From assembly GCA_016124375.1 (NCBI GenBank), contig WGNV01000006.1:29479-93478 (forward strand): a stretch of 64,000 bases of DNA, given 5' to 3'. Within the stretch, counting starts at the first letter, position 1, and every line of letters starts with the position of its first letter. The notes below the pieces were generated by a model. The model did not search any database. It was given only the letters and a program-made list of their open reading frames with translations, and had not been told where the DNA came from. Of this stretch, positions 28,975 to 38,847 are shown in pieces. A program made the translations under genes and the position numbers. Source of the DNA: Tepidisphaera sp. GTDB taxonomy: Bacteria; Planctomycetota; Phycisphaerae; Phycisphaerales; UBA1924.

Positions 28975-29658
28975 TCAGTTGACGATCACGATCTCCACCC
29001 GGCGGCTCAGCGCCTTGGTCGCCTTGGGGTCGGCCGAGCCCATGCCCACCGCCTCCACGCGGCCTTCGGAGATGCCCTTGCCGACGAGATACTTGCGGAC
29101 CGCCTCAGCGCGCGCCTTGCTCAGCGCCTCGTTGCTCGCCCACTTGCTCTTCTTGATCGGATCCGAATCGGTGTACCCCTCGATCCGCACGTCCTCATTC
29201 TTGTACTTCCGCTTGATCTCGCCGGCCAGCTTGTCCAGCGCCTTCTTCGCGTCCGGCTTCAGCGTCGCCTGACCGGAGGCGAACAGCACATCGCCGCTGA
29301 TCGTCGCCGTGGGACGTCCGCTGCGACCCTTCTTGAAGTCGCCATCATCGCCGCCGCTGTTGGAGGCCGTGCGCCCGCTGCGACCCTTGGTCACCGGCCC
29401 GTCACCCCCGTCGCCAGGCTGGATCGGCGCGGTCTGCATCGTGCTCAGCTTGCCCTCGAGCTCGGCGATCCGCTGATTCTTCTCGCCCACCTGCGCTTCA
29501 AGGCTGGCGTTCTTCTCGCGCAGCTCGCTCGATTCCTGCGTCGCCGCGTCAAGCTTCTTCTTGTCGTCGTTGCAGCCCCCCAGCAGCATCGACGCGCCGA
29601 CGGCCAGCACCGCCACCAAGAGACCGGTACGCCGAATCGCCCCGTTGAGTACGTTCAT
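28975..29658 (-). CDS. OmpA/MotB C-terminal domain lipoprotein
   Basis: Lipobox LGGC, coiled coil, VLFASG, IEGYTD, NxxLSxxRA, RRVEI. Confidence 0.9.
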   Translation of the reverse strand: MNVLNGAIRRTGLLVAVLAVGASMLLGGCNDDKKKLDAATQESSELREKNASLEAQVGEKNQRIAELEGKLSTMQTAPIQPGDGGDGPVTKGRSGRTASNSGGDDGDFKKGRSGRPTATISGDVLFASGQATLKPDAKKALDKLAGEIKRKYKNEDVRIEGYTDSDPIKKSKWASNEALSKARAEAVRKYLVGKGISEGRVEAVGMGSADPKATKALSRRVEIVIVN

Positions 29659-29823
29659 CGAAAGACCCTTCTTGCCGAATGTGCGAGGATGCCCAGCGAG
29701 ACACGGCCGCGGGCGTGATCCATGATATCGGCACACCATGCGCCAAAGCACGATTTTGTGCGCATACTTGACAGCACCCGGCGCAGTTACAGCCACACGC
29801 CTGGCGCTCGTACGACCAAATCG

Positions 29824-31257
29824 CTACGGCAACGCCATCGGGCCCGGCAGGTGCCCGATCACCCCGAGCAACCTCTCAATCAGCGGCTTCAAAAACCACA
29901 CCAGCACCGTCGCGATCGCCAGATAAGGCCCGAACGGCATATGCCGCTTCAGCGCCCCACCGAACACCACCCCCAAAAACGCCCAGCCCGCCCCCACGAA
30001 CGCAGCCCCAACGAACCCCAGCGCCGAATCGATCCACCCCAGGCACGCCCCGACCGCCGCCATCAGGTGCACGTCCCCGAGCCCCATCGCTTCCTTCCCC
30101 AGCGCCAGCGTCCCGGCGATCCGCATCAGCCACACCAAGCCGCCCCCGATGATGTACCCCATCAGGACGCCCGCCAGCACCTCCAGCCACAGCGGGGCGA
30201 AGACCTTGGGCGTCATCACCCCCGACAGCGGATCAACATGCCAAGGCCCCGCGAACTTCGCGGCAACCGCCGCCCCCAAAAGCCCCAGGCCCACGCACGG
30301 CGCCAGGAAGATCAACTCCCGCACCATCTCGCGCCTGGCGTGCGGATACGCGATCCACATCTCGGGCGAATCCGGGTTCGCGGGCTCCGCCGCCGGGGTC
30401 GCCGCAGCCTCGTCCGCCGGGCTCGTGTCGCCCGCCTCCGCCGCTTTGGGCTCCAGGGCCTTTGCTTCGGCCGCCTCCCGGCGGGTCGCCTCCTCCGCCG
30501 CCAGCCACTGGTCATAATCCGCAAAGCTCATCTTGAACACGCCCGCCGCGAGCAGCGCATTCGACAGCAGCAGCCCGACCGCCCCGCCGATCGACCCCCC
30601 GATCCACAGCCACCCGCCCGGGCCCGGCGTAGCGATCGCCCAATCCCACCCCCGGGCGGCATTGGGCAATCCACCCCCGTGATACTGCCGCCACAGCGCC
30701 CACAGCGGGTGCGCCAGCAGCGCGACGACCACCGGCGCCCAGTTCAGCGCCATGGGGATGTGAAACGTGCGAGCATCGATGATCGTCACCGCGATCAGGC
30801 ACGAGAACAGGATCACCACCACGATGAACAGTGGCCAGGTCGCCCCGAACATCGCCCCATGCCCCCACGACGGCCCCAGCAGCCCCAGGTGCACCCAAAG
30901 AAACCGCCCGTTGTCCGAGTACAGCACCAGCCACACCACCGACCACAGCAGCGCCGTAAACGTCTCCACGATCGGATACTCAGGCGAAATCGGCACGCGG
31001 CAGAACGCGCACCTGCCCCGCAGCATCAGCCACCCGAAGATCGGCACATTCTCCCGCCACGTCAGCCGCGTCTCGCAGTTGGGGCACCTCGACTGCGGCG
31101 TCACCACGTCCAGCCCCAGGGGCAGGCGGTACACCAGCACATTCAGCAGCGACCCGATGCACGCGCCGAACGCGAACACAAACACCACCTGGATCAGCGC
31201 CGCGAAGAACAGCAGCACGTCAGGGTTCTGCATCCCGATGGTCACGGGCGGCATCAA
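29824..31257 (-). CDS. pilD: Prepilin peptidase (A24) with insertions
   Basis: GSLLNVLVYRLP, SRCPNC, GRCAFC, IIDA, MGLGDV, PFGPYL. Confidence 0.9.
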   Translation of the reverse strand: MMPPVTIGMQNPDVLLFFAALIQVVFVFAFGACIGSLLNVLVYRLPLGLDVVTPQSRCPNCETRLTWRENVPIFGWLMLRGRCAFCRVPISPEYPIVETFTALLWSVVWLVLYSDNGRFLWVHLGLLGPSWGHGAMFGATWPLFIVVVILFSCLIAVTIIDARTFHIPMALNWAPVVVALLAHPLWALWRQYHGGGLPNAARGWDWAIATPGPGGWLWIGGSIGGAVGLLLSNALLAAGVFKMSFADYDQWLAAEEATRREAAEAKALEPKAAEAGDTSPADEAAATPAAEPANPDSPEMWIAYPHARREMVRELIFLAPCVGLGLLGAAVAAKFAGPWHVDPLSGVMTPKVFAPLWLEVLAGVLMGYIIGGGLVWLMRIAGTLALGKEAMGLGDVHLMAAVGACLGWIDSALGFVGAAFVGAGWAFLGVVFGGALKRHMPFGPYLAIATVLVWFLKPLIERLLGVIGHLPGPMALP

Positions 31258-31556
31258 TCGTCCTCTTCGTGCTCGTCGGCCCCGTCCTGGGGCTCGTGGT
31301 CCGATTCATCCCCGACCCCCGCTCCCTCGCCAGCACCCTCCCGCGACAACTGCTCGATCCGCTGCTGGGCCTTGGTCAGCACCTCGCGGCAATGCCGCCC
31401 CAGCGCCACCCCTTCCTCATACAACGCGATCGAATCCTCCAGCCCAACCTCGCCAGACTCGATGCGGGCCACGATCTCCTCCAGCCGCTCCACCGCCTGC
31501 TCATACGAAAGATCGGCAGGGTCGGGCCGAGGCTTTGATGGACGCTTGGCAGTCAC
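31254..31556 (-). CDS. xseB: Exodeoxyribonuclease VII small subunit
   Basis: SYEQAVERLEEIVARIESGEVGLEDSIALYEEG...C...L..AQQRI. Confidence 0.93.
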   Translation of the reverse strand: MTAKRPSKPRPDPADLSYEQAVERLEEIVARIESGEVGLEDSIALYEEGVALGRHCREVLTKAQQRIEQLSREGAGEGAGVGDESDHEPQDGADEHEEDD

Positions 31557-31742
31557 GGGCAGCAGGGTAGCAGGGACGCCCTCCGCGCATTTGCAGTCCA
31601 CCCGGAGCGGCCGCTCAACGAGCGACAGGACGCCGCCGCGTCAGTCTCCGACGTGCCACCACGCGCACAACCCTCAGGAACTTCCCGCCCAGGTCCGCGG
31701 CTGTTGGGCAATCGGTCTTCGCTCCCCGCTACCATTGGCCCC

Positions 31743-32873
31743 ATGAACCGCACGCCGCTCTATCAGTTTCATTTGGATCACAACGCCAAGATGGTCGACT
31801 TCGCCGGCTGGGAGATGCCGCTGACGTACGCCGGGCTGACCGAGGAGCACAAGCAGGTGCGGTCGTCGGGCGGGTTTTTCGACGTCTCGCACATGGGGCG
31901 GCTGAAGATTACGGGCGTCGGAGCACGGCGGTTTCTGGAGCGCGTGTGCACACGCCGGATCAGCGATATGACGGCGGGGCAGTGCCGCTACAGCCTCGTC
32001 TGCAACGAGCAGGGGGGCGTGAAGGACGACGTGATCGTGTATCGCCTGGACGACGACGAGTTCATGATGGTGGTGAACGCGTCGAATCGCGAGAAGATCG
32101 TGCAGCACTTTGAGAGCGTGCGCGCGGGCGGCGACTTCAAGGTGAAGATTGACGATCAGACGAAGTCGACGGCGATGGTGGCGTTGCAGGGGCCGAAGGT
32201 GTTTGGGATGGTGGGGAAGTTCAGCCGCGAGGTGGCGGAGCTGAAGAAGTATCGCTTCGCGGTCAAGAACCTGCTGATCATCAAGCTGGTAGTGAGCCGC
32301 ACCGGGTACACGGGCGAGGACGGGGTGGAGATCATCCTGCCCGCGGGGTCGGTGGGCATGGCGATGAAGTTCCTGCTGCAAGATATTGACATGAAGAAGC
32401 CCGAGGCGATATTGAAGCCGGCGGGGCTGGGAGCGCGGGACACGCTGCGGACCGAGGCGGGGATGCCGCTGTATGGGCATGAACTGGGCGAGGAGATTCC
32501 GGCGCTGTGCTGCGGGGTGGACTTTGCGATCGCGATGGACAAGGACACGGGTGCGAAGCCCGAGACGTTCATCGGGATGGAGGCGCTCAAGAAGGTCCAG
32601 GCCTCGGGCGGACCGGCTCGAAAGCTCGCGGGGTTTGTGGTGGAAGGGAAACGCTCGGCACGCCAGGGCATGAAGATCATCAAGGACGGCAAGGAAGTCG
32701 GCGTCGTCACCAGCGGCTGCCCGAGCCCGACGCTGGGCGTGTGCATCGCGATGGGCCTGCTCGACACGCCCCTACACGCCCTCGACGCGACCTTCGAGAT
32801 CGATACCGGCAAGGGGATGCTGCAGGCCAAGACCACGGCCCTGCCGTTCTATAAGGCGCCCAAGCCGGCGTAA
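31743..32873 (+). CDS. gcvT: Glycine cleavage system T protein
   Basis: RTPLY..H, FAGWEMP, FDVSHMG, RTGYTGEDGxE, GLGARDTLRxEAG. Confidence 0.95.
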   Translation: MNRTPLYQFHLDHNAKMVDFAGWEMPLTYAGLTEEHKQVRSSGGFFDVSHMGRLKITGVGARRFLERVCTRRISDMTAGQCRYSLVCNEQGGVKDDVIVYRLDDDEFMMVVNASNREKIVQHFESVRAGGDFKVKIDDQTKSTAMVALQGPKVFGMVGKFSREVAELKKYRFAVKNLLIIKLVVSRTGYTGEDGVEIILPAGSVGMAMKFLLQDIDMKKPEAILKPAGLGARDTLRTEAGMPLYGHELGEEIPALCCGVDFAIAMDKDTGAKPETFIGMEALKKVQASGGPARKLAGFVVEGKRSARQGMKIIKDGKEVGVVTSGCPSPTLGVCIAMGLLDTPLHALDATFEIDTGKGMLQAKTTALPFYKAPKPA

Positions 32874-32995
32874 CGCGCAAGGGCGGCGATTCGCACAAGC
32901 AGCCGTCTCCAAAATGCCACATCGAGGCTTCGATGTCGCACGCTTGTGAGCCCCGCGTTCCCGCGTGGGCTCATCTCAAGCGCACGCCTCGATCG

Positions 32996-34402
32996 CTACC
33001 CAATCCTCTCCCGCCCGCCCATGTAAGGCCGCAGCGCCGCCGGAATCCTCACACTCCCATCCGCCTGCTGATGGTTTTCCAACAGCGGAATCAAAAACCG
33101 CGGGCTCGCCAGCACCGTGTTGTTCAGCGAGTGGCAGAACGTCGTCTCCCCCTTGCCCCCCGCCCCGCCCGCCCGATACCTCATGTTCAGCCGGCGGCAC
33201 TGGTAGTCATACAACCGGCTCGCGCTGTGCGTCTCGCCATATTCCCCCTGCGGCACGCCATCCTTCACCTCGCCGCGCCCAGGCATCCAACTCTCGATGT
33301 CCACCATGTCCGCGTTCTTCACGCCCAGGTCGCCCGTGCAGCATTGCAACAACCGATACGGAATCTCCAGCCCCTGCAACAGTTCTTCCACAAACCCGAT
33401 CATCCTCTTATGCCACTCGCGGCTCTTTGCTTCGTCCGCCTCACAGATAACCACCTGCTCCACCTTGTCAAACTGGTGAATCCGGTACAACCCCGCCGTG
33501 TCCTTGCCCGCCGCCCCCGCCTCACGCCGGAAACACGTCGACACCGTCACATACTTCAAAGGCAGGCTCGCCGTGTCGAGGATCTCATCCATATGGATCC
33601 CCATCAGCCCCACCTCGCCGGTTCCGGTCAAAAACTGGTCATACCCCCCGCCCCGCTTTGATTCCTCCACCATGTACGCCTGCTCGCGCCCCGCGGGGAA
33701 GAACCCCGTGCCCACCATCGCCTCCTCGCGCACTAACACCGGCACCGACATGGGCGAGAACCCCTGCTTGAGCGTCATGAAATCCACCGCATACCGCAGC
33801 ACCGCCATGTGCAGCGCCATGCCGTCGCCGGTCAAGATGTAACTGCGCGTCCCCGCCAGCTTCACGCCCCGCTCAAAGTCGGCCAGTTTCAAATCCCGCA
33901 CCAACTCGATATGGCTCTTGGGGCGAAACCCGCGCTGCGCCTCAAACGGCTTGCCCGCATCAAACCCCGCCGGATTCCAGCGCCGGATCTCGACGTTGTC
34001 CTCGCTCCCTTTGCCCTTGGGAACATCCCCATCCGGAGGCTGCGGCACCTGCAACAAGATCTCGCTGATCTTCGGCTCCAGCCCGCGAATCTTCTCTTCC
34101 AGTTCCTGCCCCGCCGCCTTGAGTGCCGCCGGCTTCTTCGACAGCGCCTCGATCTCCGCCTCGATCGCCGCCGCCTCCGCCCCGTGCTTGCCTTTGAGCT
34201 GCCCCTTCAACTTCCCAATCTGCGGCCCCGACTCCTTCGCCAGCCGATTCTGCTCCGCCCGCAGCTTCTCCGCCTCCGTTTGCAGGGCCCGCCGCTCCGC
34301 ATCCAGCGCCACCAGCCGCTCGATGTCCACATGAATGCCCTTCTCCTTCGCGCCAAGGGCAAACCGGGCCGGATTCTCACGCAGTTGCTTCAGGTCAATC
34401 AT
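32996..34402 (-). CDS. serS: Serine--tRNA ligase
   Basis: N-terminal coiled arm, CFRREAGAAGKDT.GLYRIHQFDKVE, DIESW, HSLNNT. Confidence 0.97.
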   Translation of the reverse strand: MIDLKQLRENPARFALGAKEKGIHVDIERLVALDAERRALQTEAEKLRAEQNRLAKESGPQIGKLKGQLKGKHGAEAAAIEAEIEALSKKPAALKAAGQELEEKIRGLEPKISEILLQVPQPPDGDVPKGKGSEDNVEIRRWNPAGFDAGKPFEAQRGFRPKSHIELVRDLKLADFERGVKLAGTRSYILTGDGMALHMAVLRYAVDFMTLKQGFSPMSVPVLVREEAMVGTGFFPAGREQAYMVEESKRGGGYDQFLTGTGEVGLMGIHMDEILDTASLPLKYVTVSTCFRREAGAAGKDTAGLYRIHQFDKVEQVVICEADEAKSREWHKRMIGFVEELLQGLEIPYRLLQCCTGDLGVKNADMVDIESWMPGRGEVKDGVPQGEYGETHSASRLYDYQCRRLNMRYRAGGAGGKGETTFCHSLNNTVLASPRFLIPLLENHQQADGSVRIPAALRPYMGGRERIG

Positions 34403-34444
34403 GGGGCGAGGGTAGGGGCCGTCAAACCCGCCCGAAAAGCCCGA

Positions 34445-35299
34445 TCACCCGTGCTCAGCCGCTCCGCCACGAGGCGACGAACCCGCACCAGCCGGCAGGT
34501 TCGCCGAGCCGTCCAGATAGCCGCATTCCGGGCAGCGGCTGTTCGCGGGCAAGCGATCTCGCGGATATCCGCATTGAACGCACTGGCGGCGGCGCCGGCG
34601 GATCGCGCGGACGCCAAGACGATACCCAAGCCGCGCATTGAACAGCACAACCATTCCCCCTGCGAAGACGAAAAGGTCAAGAAAAAGCGCCCACCATCGA
34701 ATGCCAGTGGGCAAACCGGGAAGTGAGTGCAACTCCGTAAGAATCGACTCCGGGATCCACGGCACGCCATCCAACGCCGTGTTCGGACTCCCCGCCAAAT
34801 ACACGGGATCATGCCCGTTGGGAAACGTGCTGATCATCCAAAATGAACGAAAAGGCCACCCAACCGACCACCATTCGATCCTGCAATCCTTGCCCTTGCC
34901 CCGTATCGCCAGAGGCTCCATCATCTCCCATCCCTCTGGCCGCCAGGTAAAAAACTGGCGATTATTACCCTTCGAGGCGGCGACCCTCGCCTCGTACTTC
35001 GCACTCTCCTCAGCCCCTCCGGGCGAATCCGGTGACAAGTTGAATCCATCACCAGAACCAAGATTGATTCCGAACGAAATCTTCTCCCTGCACTGCCACA
35101 TCCAGTTATACTTCGTCCGGATGACCGAGGCGCGATTCAACTTCCAGAGCACGCCTCCGGGCCCCGCAAGAAAACGGGCGGGCACCCCCGAGTTTCGAAC
35201 ATAAATACCCGCAACCGTTCCCGTGACCAGAAAAAATGCTGCAACACCCAAGAGGCTCGGCAGCAGGATTCTGAGGATGATGATTCGGAAGCGAGTCAT
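34445..35299 (-). CDS. Lower-GC membrane protein with C-terminal Zn ribbon
   Basis: N-terminal TM, GWPFRS motif, TM, RRRRRQCVQCGY...CPECG. Confidence 0.7.
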   Translation of the reverse strand: MTRFRIIILRILLPSLLGVAAFFLVTGTVAGIYVRNSGVPARFLAGPGGVLWKLNRASVIRTKYNWMWQCREKISFGINLGSGDGFNLSPDSPGGAEESAKYEARVAASKGNNRQFFTWRPEGWEMMEPLAIRGKGKDCRIEWWSVGWPFRSFWMISTFPNGHDPVYLAGSPNTALDGVPWIPESILTELHSLPGLPTGIRWWALFLDLFVFAGGMVVLFNARLGYRLGVRAIRRRRRQCVQCGYPRDRLPANSRCPECGYLDGSANLPAGAGSSPRGGAAEHG

Positions 35300-35505
35300 C
35301 GATGCTCTCCCGCGGCTGTTATAGACCGTTCGTAGCGCACGGTCTGGAGTTGTGCGGGGCATCTTCATGCTGCTAACCGAGCGATTGTCTTTCAATGTGG
35401 CCCGAGGACGAGGTCCTTCTGTGTCTCCAATTATCCTATGTTTAGTCGCGAATGGAATAGTCGATTGCGGATACCCAACAGACGCCCGCCGCGTACCCTC
35501 TCCCC

Positions 35506-35859
35506 ATGAGCGGCCTCTTCGCCGGCACACCCCTCGAACAACCCGTCACCTGCCCCCGCTGCAACCGCCGCATCGGCGACTGCACCTGCCCGCGCGACGA
35601 CCAGGGCAAACTCCACGACCCTGCCCAGTGGCCCGCCCGCGTCCGCCGCGAAAAAAACCGCGGCAAATACCTCACCATCGCCTCCGGCCTCGGCCTGCGT
35701 GAGAAAGACCAAAAGGCCCTCCTCGCCCACCTCAAATCCAAACTCGGCGTCGGGGGCTCACTCAAAGACAACGAACTCACCCTCCAAGGCGATCACCGCG
35801 ACACCCTCGTCGAACTCCTCAAAGCCCAGGGCTACCCCGCCAAACCCAGCGGCGGCTGA
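35506..35859 (+). CDS. Translation initiation factor SUI1/YciH family
   Basis: RGKYLTIASGL, LKSKLGVGGS, LQGDHR; N-terminal CxxC..CxC. Confidence 0.9.
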   Translation: MSGLFAGTPLEQPVTCPRCNRRIGDCTCPRDDQGKLHDPAQWPARVRREKNRGKYLTIASGLGLREKDQKALLAHLKSKLGVGGSLKDNELTLQGDHRDTLVELLKAQGYPAKPSGG

Positions 35860-35891
35860 CGCCCCCTCGGGTGCCTCTCGCTTGGGTGGCT

Positions 35892-35925
35892 CTCTTGGGT
35901 GGCCCGGCGGTCCCCGCCGGTCTTC
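35892..35925. repeat. REP-like palindrome family B, copy 1
   Basis: ctcttgggtggcccggcggtccccgccggtcttc, identical to 38784-38817. Confidence 0.85.
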
Positions 35926-36047
35926 ACGTTCTTCACTTCCTACTTCCTCTCCCCCCTGCGCTTTCCCGCAACCCGCGCCCTCTCCAACCGGTAAAACTCC
36001 CGATGTCCTCAACATCGTCCAAACCGCGCGCTCATAGAGTTGGCCTC

Positions 36048-37733
36048 ATGCCCGCGCTCAAACTCACCCCCATCCGTGGCCAGACCAAGCCCGTCCCCCT
36101 CACGGGCGGCCGCGTCACCATCGGCCGCAGCCCCGACTGCACCGTCGCCATCATCGACGAACGCGCCAGCCGCCAGCACTGCGTCCTCCAGCCCGACAAC
36201 AAAGGCGGCTGGCTCGTCCGCGATCTCGGCTCCCGCAACGGCACCAAGGTCAACGACGTCCGCGTCATGGAATCCCCCCTCAACCCGGGCGACGTCCTCA
36301 AGGTCGGCTCGCACGAGTTCCTCATCGAACGCGACGGCAGCGATCCCACCGCAGGCGATACCGACGCCGAAGGTTCCTACCACGTCGGTTCCGCCCTCAA
36401 AGACCTTCCCGAAGGCGCCATGGCCCAGGCCGGCTCCCTCACCGCCAGCCGCGAGGTCGGCTGGATGTTCGAGCTCCAGGGCGTGATGACCAGCCTCCCG
36501 CCCCGCGACCAAGCCCCTGAAGAAATCAGCATCATCGACGCCAACGGCCGCCCCAGCGACGTCCTCGCCGGCACCGCCGACGGCCCCAACGCCGTCCGTC
36601 TCCTCTTCCAGACCGCCAGCAAGGCCCGCTCCACCGACATCCACATCGAGCCCAAGGGCGACAACTTCCAGGTCCGCATGCGCGTCGATGGAGACATGGT
36701 CTCCATCATGGATCTCCCCAAACGCGTCGGCGAACTCGTCTACGGCGTCATCAAGGCCGCCTGCCACATGCACGTCGCCGGCCGCGACGCCATTCAAGAA
36801 GGCCACTTCTCCGTCGTCTTCCCCGATCGCCGCGTCGAATACCGCATCAGCTTCACGCCCACTGTGCACGGGCAGAAACTCGTCGTCCGCATCCTCGACC
36901 AGAAGGGCCAGCCCGAGTCCATGGCCTCCCTCGGCCTCACCAGTTACGCCTTCGATCGCATCAACCAGGCGTGCCAGCAGGACAGCGGCCTCGTCCTCGC
37001 CTGCGGCCCCACCGGGTCGGGCAAAACCACCACCCTCTACAACTGCATCCGCACCATCGACCGCACCACCCGCAACGTCGTCACCATCGAAGACCCCGTC
37101 GAATACCAACTCGACAACGTCACCCAGATCCCCGTCGACGAACAAAAGAACAATACCTTTGGCCAGCTCCTCCGCAGCGTGCTCCGCCAGGACCCCGACG
37201 TCATCCTGGTCGGCGAAATCCGCGACGAAGAGACCGCCCGCACCGCCATGCAGGCCTCCCTCACCGGCCACCTCGTCTTCAGCAGCATCCACAGCAAAGA
37301 AACCATCTCCAGCGTCTTCCGCCTGCTTGACCTCAAGGTCGAGCCTTACTTGGTCGCCAACTCGCTTGACCTCGTCCTCGCCCAGCGCCTCGTCCGCATC
37401 CTCTGCGACACCTGCAAGCAGAAGATCCCCGTCTCCCCGGGCCAGGCCACGCGCCTGGGCAAATGGCTCGGCGGCAAGAGCGAGATCTACGCCGCCACCG
37501 GCTGCTCCCGTTGCCTGCGCACCGGCTACCGGGGCCGCCGCGCCCTCTTCGAACTTCTCGACTTCAACGACGAACTGCGCGACATCGTCCTCACCCGCCC
37601 CAGCATCCAGTCCATGAAAAAAGTCATCGAGCAGGGCCTCTTCACCACCCTGCAGCAGTTCGGCTGGAAACTCGTCGCCGACGGCATCACCAGCCTCGAC
37701 GAAGTCGACCGCGTCGCGGGCATGGGCGGCTAA
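36048..37733 (+). CDS. FHA domain fused to GspE/PilB-type secretion ATPase
   Basis: IGRS..SRQH..DLGSRNGT (FHA); DIHIEP, GPTGSGKTT, TIEDPVE, LRQDPD..GEIRD, TGHLV, CxxC/CxxC. Confidence 0.92.
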   Translation: MPALKLTPIRGQTKPVPLTGGRVTIGRSPDCTVAIIDERASRQHCVLQPDNKGGWLVRDLGSRNGTKVNDVRVMESPLNPGDVLKVGSHEFLIERDGSDPTAGDTDAEGSYHVGSALKDLPEGAMAQAGSLTASREVGWMFELQGVMTSLPPRDQAPEEISIIDANGRPSDVLAGTADGPNAVRLLFQTASKARSTDIHIEPKGDNFQVRMRVDGDMVSIMDLPKRVGELVYGVIKAACHMHVAGRDAIQEGHFSVVFPDRRVEYRISFTPTVHGQKLVVRILDQKGQPESMASLGLTSYAFDRINQACQQDSGLVLACGPTGSGKTTTLYNCIRTIDRTTRNVVTIEDPVEYQLDNVTQIPVDEQKNNTFGQLLRSVLRQDPDVILVGEIRDEETARTAMQASLTGHLVFSSIHSKETISSVFRLLDLKVEPYLVANSLDLVLAQRLVRILCDTCKQKIPVSPGQATRLGKWLGGKSEIYAATGCSRCLRTGYRGRRALFELLDFNDELRDIVLTRPSIQSMKKVIEQGLFTTLQQFGWKLVADGITSLDEVDRVAGMGG

Positions 37734-37754
37734 CGCCCGGCTGCCTTCGGCTGT

Positions 37755-37857
37755 CGGTGGGACAGGCGTCCCGCCTGTCCGCACATCATCACCCACCCCC
37801 GCCCCCTCCTCGCCTCATGCCCCGATGCCGCATGCCTCGATGCCTTCTTCTACGTCC
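37755..37857. repeat. Composite repeat family C (palindrome + atgcc short repeats), copy 1
   Basis: cggtgggacaggcgtcccgcc...ctcatgccccg.tgcc.catgcctcg.tgccttcttctacgtcc; second copy at 44212-44320. Confidence 0.8.
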
Positions 37858-37935
37858 TTCTCTTCACCACCCGCAAAAAGAAAAACACCGGCCCAACAGC
37901 CGGTGTCGCAACCATTCCCTTTCGCGCCGCGATCC

Positions 37936-38706
37936 CTACGCGTACCGCGCCATGTTCCCGCCCCGCCCGCGCGTCGCCACCATGTACCGCTGCAGGTTCT
38001 GCCCAGGGCACTCCGTCGGCGCCATCTCCTGGTGCGTCTTCACGTGCCGCATGTCCACGTTGTACCGCCGCATCTGCTGGGCCACAAACGAATCCAGCGA
38101 CTGCAGCGCCGCGCTGGTCGGCCGCTGAAACTCGAAGTTCCCCATCACCATGATGCCCATGTTGTTTTCGTTCTGACCCTTCACATGGGCGCCCTGGTAG
38201 TACAGGCTCCGCGCTTCCCACACGTTCCCCATCGGATCAATCACAAAGTGATAGCCGATGTCGGCAAACGGCTCGGGCCGCCGGGTGATATGCCCCTGCC
38301 GCACCGTCTGCAGCCGCCGCATCGCCTCGCCCCGCGTGTTGATCCTCGACGAATCCAGCGCATCATGGTGCACCGTGATCCGCAAAATCTTCCCCATCTT
38401 CCCGTCTTGGCCATTGGACGTCAGCCGACTCTTGATCAGCCCCTGGTCCGTCCACTGGCTCCGCGGGATCACATTGCTCGGCAGCGAGTAATACCCGCCC
38501 GGCGTCGGGGGCAGCGGCTCAACCTGCCGCGTCGGCGGCGTCCAGGGCGGCGTGGGCGACGGCGCGTCCTGATTCGGCCACGCAATCTGCGCCGTCTTCG
38601 CCGGCTGCCCATTGCGGCAGCCCGCCAGCAGCGCCATCCCGCCCAGCAGCAAGCCCTGCTGCATCAGCCGTCGACGATCGAAGTTGTTCTGGTCCTTTGA
38701 GCTCAC
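37936..38706 (-). CDS. N-acetylmuramoyl-L-alanine amidase (Amidase_2/PGRP-like), Tat lipoprotein
   Basis: DRRRL...LAGC; ITVHH, DIGYHFVID, GAHV, GNF, HQE...TECPG. Confidence 0.9.
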   Translation of the reverse strand: MSSKDQNNFDRRRLMQQGLLLGGMALLAGCRNGQPAKTAQIAWPNQDAPSPTPPWTPPTRQVEPLPPTPGGYYSLPSNVIPRSQWTDQGLIKSRLTSNGQDGKMGKILRITVHHDALDSSRINTRGEAMRRLQTVRQGHITRRPEPFADIGYHFVIDPMGNVWEARSLYYQGAHVKGQNENNMGIMVMGNFEFQRPTSAALQSLDSFVAQQMRRYNVDMRHVKTHQEMAPTECPGQNLQRYMVATRGRGGNMARYA

Positions 38707-38783
38707 AGCAATTTCATCGGAGAGCGACCGGCAACGGGTCCAATCTTGCCGCATTTCCCGCCAACCGCCCGCATGATACACGC

Positions 38784-38817
38784 CTCTTGGGTGGCCCGGC
38801 GGTCCCCGCCGGTCTTC
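38784..38817. repeat. REP-like palindrome family B, copy 2
   Basis: 34-bp identity with 35892-35925. Confidence 0.85.
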
Positions 38818-38847
38818 TCCCCCTTCTTCCCCTGCCGATTTCTTGCC

